A stretch of 42,412 nt of DNA, from assembly GCA_002104905.1 (NCBI GenBank), contig MCFE01000717.1, forward strand, positions 1-42,412, given 5' to 3'. This DNA is from Basidiobolus meristosporus CBS 931.73 (taxonomy: Eukaryota; Fungi; Basidiobolomycota). The notes beneath the pieces were generated by a model. That model did not search any database. It was not told the origin of the DNA and worked only from the letters and a program-made list of their open reading frames with translations. Positions 12,623 to 21,489 of the stretch are shown one piece after another (the stretch's first letter is position 1; each line of letters opens with the position of its first letter). The position numbers and the translations under genes were made by a program.

Positions 12623-15029
12623 CATCTGGCTACCTGACTTTTTTTCCACTTGTTTGGAGCTTTCAGCCTTGCTTGTAATGAGCTCTTAAGGAAGCTGTTG
12701 GTTTTTAGCTGTGGCACTCTTGTTCATGTTCCTTGTATAGTTTCTGCTATTCCTGAGCTACTTTCTTAGCATATTAGAGCTGACTCAAGATCTGTTTGCC
12801 TGCTTGAATCTAGGATGATACTCTTGGAACCAATCAAGCACATTTGGCCTGACCTTGAGCTCTTGATGGTCCATAGTATGCTGGCCTTATGGTGTTGCTG
12901 TGCTAGACTTCTGATAGCCCTTTGAATATCAGCCAACCCCTCATCATTGCACTCAACAGCTTGACAGATCTTGAGTGTTTTTTGATTTTTGGGCTTGGGT
13001 GTAATAGCTACAGTCTCTCCCTCCCATGATGTAGTAGAATTGTCTCTTGGCTTCATCTTCAGGCATTGTTATTGCGCTTCAAAGACTTTAAGGTGATCTG
13101 TAGTAATGGAATACTTTCCATTACTACAATATCTCAAAACCAATATTGCACTCATTTCTTTATTTTGCTTTTGCTATTGCAACACACAGGTGAAAGCTCA
13201 ACCATTTACAACTTTGAAGGACAAATATTCCAGACCCTAAGAAGCAATCCACCCAACAATATTATGTCATACAGAACACGCAGTAGCCAACACATTTTTC
13301 AAATTACAGCACACTTGAAGCAGTACTTAAGGAGCTATGACTAAAAGAGTCCAATTATAATATATACTATGCCTTATTGCCAGGATTACTATGGTGACTT
13401 TGATTGCATATAACTTTTGAACCAGCCAATCAAATCATGTGAAATTGTTCCAGGTGCTGCGCCTATGTCTTATCCACGCCACTGCAAGATTTTAGTTTTA
13501 TATCATGTGTATTACCTGCACAACTATCCAAAAACTTGGATCCTTCAGAAATTTCATGTATATGACTTCCCCAGCTGAAAAATAAAAAGAGAGCCTCTCT
13601 TTCCAGAATCTCCACACTACAATTACACGTTTAAAGGCTATAGAACTTCCCCTGCATCACTTGCACTGTTGAGTATTCTGACTTTGATTGGTACTACATC
13701 AGTAAAGAGGCTGCAAAGCTCACAAGAATCCAATCTAAGTTCTACATGAAACTACCACTTTTCTGTTGGAAAAGTCTGCTCTAAGAAACCCCTTTTCTCT
13801 GAAGACACCCCTTTAGAGTCCCTATTAAGAAACCCCCTTACGCTAAAGATGTCCCTTTAGGCACCCCTTTAGTGTAAAGTCCACTTTAGAGACCACTACA
13901 AGAAGACCCTTTACTCCAAAGACACCCCTCCAGGTCTAAAGACCCCTTTAGGGACTTTTACAACACACCCCTTCAGGTTAATGGGGAGCTCAGAACTTCC
14001 ATATTGGGAACTATTATCTCAGAAAGAAAAATGAGTTCCAAATAGGGAGAAGTTTCTGTCAAAGTAAATAAGCCCATTGGTTGACAGAAGGTCAGAACAC
14101 TGCTGTAGCAGTGAGAAGCACTGCCTATAATGTATTTTGAGCCTAAGATTGAGGATATTAGTGAAAGTTAAATCTTCTATCAGTATATCAAACTTCCAAT
14201 AAACTATTTCAGTAATAGCATAATGGATGTTGTTGTATATTGTTGATTAGCATCTACATTGTGGAACAAGCCTCAAACTAATCATAAGACTTGTTCCATT
14301 GTACCGTGCCAGGGTGCGCGGCACAATCCACAGCTGTAAAGAACAATTGGGCGCAATATTATAGCTACCAGAAGGCAGGATTGTTCTTGGACAATTTTGC
14401 ACTGTGTGGGATGATCTCGCACACTATGGCACAATCTGACATGATGAGGTTGGCACGGATGATTGCGCCAACTTGTAATGTTTGCATCATGTGCACAATT
14501 GGATACCGCTATCATGACAGGTAAAATCCGGTATTTGGATATGTTTCTTTAATGTAAATGGAAATAAATGTGTATCACACTATAAACTACACTGATACTT
14601 ACCATGTTGGTAACCCTCACTCCAATTGGATGGTATCTCAGTGGTAAGTTGGTCCAAAAGTATCCTGAAGCTGGCAGCCCCCAATTGGCTCATTGACTAC
14701 TGAAAAAGCTACTTGATTTGCCATCAAATATCCCATTTTGCCCATTGAGCAAGTAAATCCCTGATCCTAGTGACTGGACAAGGTGTCATAGCTAGCATGC
14801 AAGCAATTGTGTAGGTGCAAAACAGATCCAATAGCTGCACTGGTATTACAGATGATGTATATGTATGCAGGGTGTTTATTTATAGGGGTTCTGTCTCAAA
14901 TGTGAGACAACCTTGATATTACTTATATCAAAAATTTGATGATCACTGATTTGCAATGGCTCAATTTGGATTGCAAAAAAATAGGGTTGTTGGGATCATT
15001 ACAAATGTGAGCGATTCAAAGCAATTGCA

Positions 15030-15614
15030 TCATCTTCTCCTGGGTTTTTTTCTCACAGGGATTACTACTGAAGCATTTGGTAGTGACTCACTTTGCACAC
15101 CTATACTACTTCCTGGCTGACTATCATCTTGGCTACTTGTATATTTGTAGTCAGTATTTTGCCTCCTGGTTGATGAGTGCAATGCTGCAGCTTGGCCGTG
15201 CTGAATTGCTCCAACTGAGCCAACTGAACCGGCCTGTAGTGCCACACACTGACGTGTTCTTTTACTTGCCAAGGGCTCCAGTGGCTGAGGCACTTCAATT
15301 TGGTCATCATCAGTCAGTTCACCAGAAGTAACTTGCTGATGGTCAGGCAAAATGGCACGCACAGGCGCGCCTTGACACATTGAGATGGCCCTTGGCTGAG
15401 TTTGATGTGATGCTGCATGTTGACGTGACTTGGTCCGCTCCAATGGACTCGTCTCTAAATGAGCAGTTTGGCAAGTTCTTGTAGTTTTGCTCTGAAGCAC
15501 GCACATTGACTCAATGCGGGGTGTTCTAGTAAAGGGTGTTGGCATGGTCTGGACTGACGTGCGCCGGCACACTGTGGTAGGGTAAATATACCTCCCACAG
15601 ACAAGTTTATTCAT
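15030..15614 (-). CDS. Uninterrupted 194-aa ORF of unknown function inside the Harbinger element
   Basis: Open frame in an otherwise stop-riddled region, CpG retained, basic NLS-like C-terminus PVRKKPRRR. No family recognised; could be non-coding. Confidence 0.3.
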   Translation of the reverse strand: MNKLVCGRYIYPTTVCRRTSVQTMPTPFTRTPRIESMCVLQSKTTRTCQTAHLETSPLERTKSRQHAASHQTQPRAISMCQGAPVRAILPDHQQVTSGELTDDDQIEVPQPLEPLASKRTRQCVALQAGSVGSVGAIQHGQAAALHSSTRRQNTDYKYTSSQDDSQPGSSIGVQSESLPNASVVIPVRKKPRRR

Positions 15615-15807
15615 ATAGTCATTATGATATACTTATCCATATTTTATCTTATCAATATTATCCCATTCTTCTTTTGCCCATATTATCAGTATTATCCCCA
15701 TATGATGTTTACCCTGATTAGTTATTAGCATTAGTTATCCCAGATGTTATTCAGCTTTGTGATCAGTAGATGTATCTATATAAGGCAAGTACCTGCGTCA
15801 GTACCCG

Positions 15808-16376
15808 TGACACATGTCCTAGGTCTGTGTTACCATCCCTACCATTTCAGTACCATATATGGTATTTCTATGTTGCACAGGTTTCAGACTACTGATTCCT
15901 GATTGGTTGAGAGTGCTGTGCCTTTTAGAACCTTCCAGGACATTCTTGGCATATTTTTGGCTCATAGTGATGTCTTCAAGAATTCCACTGATACCTAGAA
16001 TTTTCTAGAACCTTGTCATTAGTAATCACTTGGCAATCAGGAAAAGTTTTTAAGGGAAAGCAATCCCTCATCAATAAATCATCCCTTCTATCAGTAACAC
16101 TTCTCCCTTATTGATTAGCAGTTGATCACTGCACCTGCCTTCAACAGTACATCTCAGACCTGCCATCAAGGAGCTTTTCAAGGTAGTGCACAAGACACAC
16201 AGAGGCCTTTGGAGACACTTGGAGCACCTAGGAAGCTAGAGAAGCAGGAGCTTTTACCATAGAGACATACTGACAAAGACACCAGCAGTTTAGACCCAGA
16301 GGTTATTGCACCCATCAGACACCTCACACACCTTGAGTTGTGTAGCTTCTCCCAGGAGTACCTCTACACCACCACA
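15808..16376. repeat. ~570-bp dispersed repeat with TG...CA ends, copy 2
   Basis: Inverted homolog of 3,064-3,631. Confidence 0.75.
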
Positions 16377-16379
16377 GCG

Positions 16380-17069
16380 CTGTGGTTGCAAGAGATGGTA
16401 GGGAATCCAGCAAGGCATGCTAGCGCAATCTGGACAATGTTGCTTGCGTTCTGTATTCTTCCTCCTGAAGCTCACCATCTGATTCCTCAAGGTATTCACT
16501 TACCCTCTGTCTGATACTTTAGAGCTGTTGCCTGGATGAGTCCTGTGTATATTGCTCTCGGAAGCCACTTAGCTCTACTAATATATCACGTAGTACATTA
16601 GTCATTTGAGGCAAAAACTCATTCAAATCTCTTTGGTTCCCAAAGTTGAGGCACAAACGGACGCGTCCAGCCCGTACTGCGCAAATTACGCGCGAAATTG
16701 TTCCCGCGCAGCCTCTTCTTCAAATCACCTCACTCTCAGCTCATTCTTGATTTCAAAACTTGTCTTGTTATATATCTTTTTACATACATTGGCTGGCATC
16801 TTGATGTAGAACTCATGCCACAGCTTTCTACTCAAATTCTTCCATCTTTGTTGACTCTCTGAGGTATCTAGTTCTGCTAGATTAATCAGTAGTGCCCAAA
16901 TATCTGTATGAAGGCTCATCATAGACACTTGGCCCATACTAAAATCACTTGGCAAGAACTCAAACGGATCCAACATTGACTTTTCCGGTCTGGACCGCGC
17001 TAGTGAGCTGGGGGATGGGTTTTGTCTGGGTTGTACTAAAGATGAGTTGAGGCTTGGTATGGGGACCAT
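16380..17069 (-). pseudogene. Probable Myb/SANT-like (trihelix) DNA-binding partner ORF of the Harbinger element
   Basis: DIWALLINLAE...RWKNLSRKLWHEFYIKMPANVCKKIYNK fits the LI.L...W..I...L.....CK.KW pattern. The frame continues through stops and one shift to ~16,380. Divergent from the transposase, as allowed for PIF/Harbinger ORF2. Confidence 0.45.
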
Positions 17070-17171
17070 AGCAACGGATTTGGATACTTATACAGCAGTA
17101 TATTGGCATCAACCTGGTCTTATATGAAATATATCTGAAAACTAATGTGATTGTTGAATTTTCCATATATT

Positions 17172-17902
17172 AGACTTGTTCCGTTGGATAGTGCCACATT
17201 GAGCCATGAGTGCCAAATGATGCCATAGTGTGCCAGAGAGGCCAATTGAGCCTCTACCTGGCCACAGAGTGTGAAACATAGCTCTGCATCTTCCTGCAAA
17301 GCAGCCCCTGTGTTTCACCCATTGCGCAGGAGAAAATCCATTTTTTGACCTTTTTGTGGATCAATGTAGCTCAGGATGTGTAGGAGCACAGGAGAACTGA
17401 AGATATGCATCTGGTACTCAATACCCATGGCACTCTGAATCTAGCTCTTGTAGCTTGTATCATGTCACAAAAATGAATGGCACTATCTTGGTCCACTGGT
17501 ACTATCTGGCACTATATTTAAATATTAGCCCTAAAGTAAGATCTATGCCAATCACTTATAGTGCCAGATAGTACTAGTGGACCAAGATAGTGCCATTCAT
17601 TTTTGTGACATGATACAAGCTACAGGAGCTAGATTCAGAGTGCCATAGATATTGAGTACCAGATGCCTATCTTCAATCTGCTTGTGCTCTAACACATCCT
17701 GCACAACATTGATCCAAAAAAAAGGTCAAAAAATGGATTTTCTCCAACACAATGGGTGAAACACAGGGGCTGCTTTGCATGAAGATGCGGAGCTATGTTT
17801 CACACTCTGTGGCCAGGTAGAGGCTCAGTTGGCCTCTCTGGCACACTATGGCATCATTTGGCACACATGGTTCAATGTGGCACTATCCAACGGAACAAGT
17901 CT
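17172..17902. mobile_element. Fold-back MITE, copy 1 (731 bp; ~340-bp inverted arms, ~45-bp spacer)
   Basis: Ends AGACTTGTTCCGTTGG...CCAACGGAACAAGTCT; ATT duplication at 17,169-17,171 and 17,903-17,905. Confidence 0.92.
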
Positions 17903-18051
17903 ATTGTTTGCGGATGATTTTTGCAACATAAAGATGGGATACATGGCAATTGATGGAGATTTAACCATAATGTATTAAAAATCAGATAAACAACGCAGAT
18001 TGCACCAAATCAATTCAAACCATCTCCATACAATTATCCATCAATTTTAAT

Positions 18052-18935
18052 ATGACCTACTCATCTGAATGGTCTTTTCTCATCAATCCCATCACTACCA
18101 CTGGATTTCCTTTTGACACACCAGAGGAGATCTATTCCAAGTACTGTGGACCATCAACCCCAATCTACTCAAGGAGATCCCTTGTTAAGCTTCTCTGCTA
18201 TTACAAGAACTAGTGCCCTACAAGGTTTCATCCCACCATCCATGGCAACAAAAGTCCTAGAAGCTTTCATTCCCAGCTGACAGCAATGGAGAACCACCTT
18301 GCAGAGGGTATGAATGCCTTAGAGCAAGCTTGGAATACTAGGTTCAGAAGCTCCAGTAGACTTCCATATCCCTGAGTGTTCAGCAACAGGTTCCATATCA
18401 GGAGTATTTTGGATACCTTCCCAGTGAGGATTAACAGACCTTCTAGAGGGCAGTGGCACTTTTATTCTGGCAAGTACAAGGCACACTGTGTGAAGTTTCA
18501 AGCACTGTCTGACATTGAGGGTAACATCATCTGGTTTAGTGGGCCATTTACTGGAAGTAGGCATGACAAAGCACTCTGGGTAGAAAATCATCCTGAATTC
18601 AGTAGAGGGGAGAAATATATGGCAGACTTAGCCTATATAGGAGAGGAATGTCAGAGATTAGGATGTATTACAGCTTATAGGAAGCCAAGGAATGGTGTGC
18701 TTAGCAGGAAGCAGAAGCTCTACAATGAGATATTTAATCATTTCAGAGTAAGGGTAGAGCACACACTTGGATATCTGAAGAGATTCAGCATATTGGCAGG
18801 TAAATACAGAGGAAAGTATATATAGGAGAAAACAGCAGAATAGGTAAAATAGTTAAGATACTTATTAATGCACAGTAGGTTCATACAAGAAGACATCCAC
18901 TGAGAGAAATGTGTCTGGAGCATTATGAAGAGTAA
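18052..18935 (+). pseudogene. DDE_Tnp_4 (IS5/ISL2/Harbinger-type) transposase, inactivated
   Basis: ATG at 18,052 is in frame with ORF 18,376-18,825. Motifs ILDT, FYSGKYKAHCVKFQ, GSRHD, MADLAY and RVRVEHTLGYLKRF give an intact D-D-E triad. Two in-frame stops before 18,376, a frameshift near 18,815 and a further stop. C-terminal HPLR; TAA at 18,933-18,935 overlapping an AATAAA. Confidence 0.9.
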
Positions 18936-19374
18936 ATAAAGCAAGGAAAGCACTATTCTGAGCAACATAAGTAAGATTGAGTAAGATTACCAGTAACTGT
19001 ATCATACCACTGGCATCATGGTAGAAATTATAGTGCCAGATAGTGCCGTAGAGTGCCAGATCAATCCGGCACCATAAACAGGCTGGCACTATGTGGCACT
19101 ATCCAACAGAACAAGTCTATAATATCACACAACAGATCCTCTAGTGTTACATTAGGAATTGGCTGAATTAATGGCTGTGTCATTGAGATATTTGAGTTCC
19201 TGCTTTGCAGCCTAAATACTATATTTTCTACCAGTGATATTGTTTGCTCTACACATATTATCCACTCATCCTGTGTCTGGACTATTTCCTGATTTCTCTG
19301 GGCATCACTTCTATTTTATTAGCCACTGCACCTAATTGACTCATTGATACTTTTGTATAAGCTGACAACATACT

Positions 19375-20108
19375 AGACTTGTCATGTTGGATAGTGCCAC
19401 ATTGAGCCATGAGTGCCAAATGATGCCATAGTGTGCCAGAGAGGCCAAGTGAGCCTCTACCTGGCCACAGAGTGTGAAACATAGCTCTGCATCTTCATGT
19501 AAAGCAGCCCCTGTGTTTCACCCATTGCGCAGGAGAAAATCCATTTTTTGACCTTTGTTTGTGGATCAATGTAGCTCAGGATGCGTAAGAGCACAGGAGA
19601 ACTGAAGACATGCATCTGGTACTCAATACCCATGGCACTCTGAATCTAGCTCCTGTAGCTTGTATCATGTCACAAAAATGAATAGCACTATTGTGGTCCA
19701 CTGGTACTATCTGGCACTCTAAGTGCTTTGTATAGATCTTACTTTAGGGCTAATATCTAAATATAGTGCCAGAGAGTACCAGTGGACCACAATAGTGCCA
19801 TTCATTTTTGTGACATGATACAAGCTACAGGAGCTAGATTCAGAGTGCCATGGGTATTGAGTACCAGATGTATATCTTCAGTTCTCCTGTGCTCTTACAC
19901 ATCCTGAGCTACATTGATCCACAAAAAAAGGTCAAAAAATGAATTTTCTCCTGCGGAATGGGTGAAACACCGGGGCTGCTTTACATGAAGATGCAGAGCT
20001 ATGTTTCACACTCTGTGGTCAAGTATAGGCTCACTTGGCCTCTCTGGCACACTATGGCATCATTTGGCACTCATGGCACAATGTGGGACTATCCAACAGA
20101 ACAAGTCT
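19375..20108. mobile_element. Fold-back MITE, copy 2 (734 bp; spacer inverted relative to copy 1)
   Basis: ACT duplication at 19,372-19,374 and 20,109-20,111. The empty site GACAACATACTTGCTAAT matches the paralog GACAATACAGTTGCTAAC at ~5,836-5,853. Confidence 0.92.
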
Positions 20109-20899
20109 ACTTGCTAATATTGGCAGTGGTAATGTTATGTAGGTCATTTGCTGGTCTCCAACCAAAGGTACTGTATTTGCTACATGCTCATCTGCTGGAT
20201 CATTATGATAAGCTTGAGGCTCCTCAGAGGTTCTTGGTTGCCTTCTTGACTGAGAGTGTGAGATTTCTTTTCATAACCCTAGAGAGGCATGCTGTCAACA
20301 TAGCCTTTTCTAGTTGTAGCCCTGCTTGTTGCACCAAATGTCATTGCAAGCTGTTATTGAGCCAATCCTTTGCAGCTGTTAGCAGTGCTACCTGTTTGGG
20401 AACCAGATTACTTTGCATTATTTTGTGGTGGTAAGCATAAGGAAGGGAGCAAACCAAATGGGAAATTGAATATGTTTATTTCTGCAAGCAGTGCCACTAC
20501 TTTATTTATACTGCTTACTCTGGTAGGTCATCACCAAGTCTTGCATTCAGGTAGGTGTGATATCTCATATACAAGTCTGTATTTTGTTGACATGAGTATT
20601 GGCAAAAAAGTGAAATTGTGGCATTATATTAGTTATTATTAGTCTGTCTGTCTGTAGTCAATACTACTTTGACTCAACCCCATAAGAAATGGGAAAAACA
20701 ACCAAGTGGCTATTGCAAATAGGTACTCAATGATGAACCATGCAGACAGCATAAAAAATATTACTTGAATCATGGCCAGTGTATTGCCATAAAAGTTGCA
20801 TATTAGCATTCATCAGTCACTTCTGCACTAACAATACTTTGCTGACCACTTGACATCTGTGTAATAGCACCAAGCCATACTTATGACCTTGCACAATCC

Positions 20900-21480
20900 A
20901 ATTTGGGAGAGTTTGTGCTGCCTTTTGGCTCACCTCAGCAATTGGAATATAGGCTGTAGAGCAATAGCCCTGAAGAAGAAGGCTTATTGCTGTATGGTGA
21001 GCCTATCTCCCCTTACAACAGCACTCTGTGTGAGCCCAGCAAAATTGCAGTACACAAAGCAATAGCACCCATGGAATAATCCCAAGAACACTCTACAGAG
21101 TCAAGTGTGCTAAGTAATCTATGTTCTGTTTAATGATGCAATGCTGTTGTTAGATTAGTGGTGTACCTCTACCAATAGCAGTAGTGGGGCATTGAGGTTT
21201 AACTGCTACTTCTTGCCAAAATTGCTTGGGGATGCAGCTCACCATGTAATTGATAGAAGCAAAAACTTTCATGTAGCTGGCTGCATATGACCCAGAGGCT
21301 GATCTGATACCAGCATATGTTAGCAGCTGCATGCCATTCACATCAGCAAATGCCACCATTCCAAGGTGTTCAGCTTGTCAGAAATCCACCACCATAAGAG
21401 GAAAATATTGCTTGCACTCCAGATATATTCCAGTACCACTGCATCTAGAAAAACTCATACAGTCTGACAAATATTGTGAA
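20900..21480 (+). mobile_element. CACTA/EnSpm transposase 5' part, copy gamma (truncated)
   Basis: Homologous to 6,640-7,200 and to the reverse complement of 4,190-4,790 (MPFTSANATIPRCSACQKSTTIRGK...HSRYIPVPLHLEKL). Confidence 0.75.
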
Positions 21481-21489
21481 GCTATAAAC

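Larger units (their letters stand above)
14287..19118. mobile_element. PIF/Harbinger-superfamily DNA transposon (4,832 bp including nested inserts)
   Basis: Termini AGACTTGTTC...GAACAAGTCT; ATA duplication at 14,284-14,286 and 19,119-19,121. Empty site reconstructed from Y copy 1. Contains a DDE_Tnp_4-type transposase. Confidence 0.8.
13099..19134 (+). mobile_element. Element Y, copy 2 (13,099-14,286 plus 19,122-19,134), interrupted near its far end by the Harbinger element
   Basis: Perfect GATC duplication at 13,095-13,098 and 19,135-19,138. The joined end CTAATCATAATATCACACAACA is colinear with copy 1 (CTAATCACAATACAACACAACA). ORF-H resumes at 19,139. Confidence 0.8.
9950..20400 (-). pseudogene. 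Most complete ORF-H copy, split by three insertions into ~20,400-20,112, 19,374-19,139, 13,098-12,627 and 11,392-~9,950
   Basis: Each segment is homologous to the uninterrupted paralogs at 5,530-6,082 and 21,490-23,355, and homology resumes right after each TSD. Peptide match: IQRAIRSLAQQHHKASILW (12.9 kb) vs NKEAVRRLTWHYRKASILW (22.9 kb). Confidence 0.7.

Noticed and set aside
12593-12630. Helitron 3' end (hairpin plus CTRR)
   Set aside because: No CTRR terminus or TC start, the hairpin begins at the very first base, a 4-bp TSD is present, and no Rep/helicase motifs were seen.
11700-13980. CRISPR-like or telomeric array
   Set aside because: Units are irregular, lack unique spacers, are not a fixed telomeric hexamer, and lie inside element Y in a eukaryotic context.
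11393-14286. One large fold-back element or recent inverted duplication with 1.2-kb arms
   Set aside because: Each arm has its own TSD, the arms are clearly diverged, the 475-bp middle is ORF-H sequence, and the right arm continues to 19,134. These are two independent Y insertions.
16725-17069. F-box protein (LDPFEFLPSD, LHTDIW)
   Set aside because: The match is weak; the downstream W..LS.KL...CKK pattern and the Harbinger context favour a Myb/SANT-like domain. Not fully excluded.
17171-17903. Tc1/mariner (Stowaway-like) MITE with TA duplication
   Set aside because: The symmetric reading AGACTT...AAGTCT gives exact 3-bp duplications in all four family members and matches the empty-site paralogs; a TA duplication does not reproduce the empty site.
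18052-18935. Domesticated HARBI1-like host gene or bacterial contamination
   Set aside because: It has stops and a frameshift, lies between TIRs with a TSD, and shares the CpG erosion of the surrounding eukaryotic repeats.
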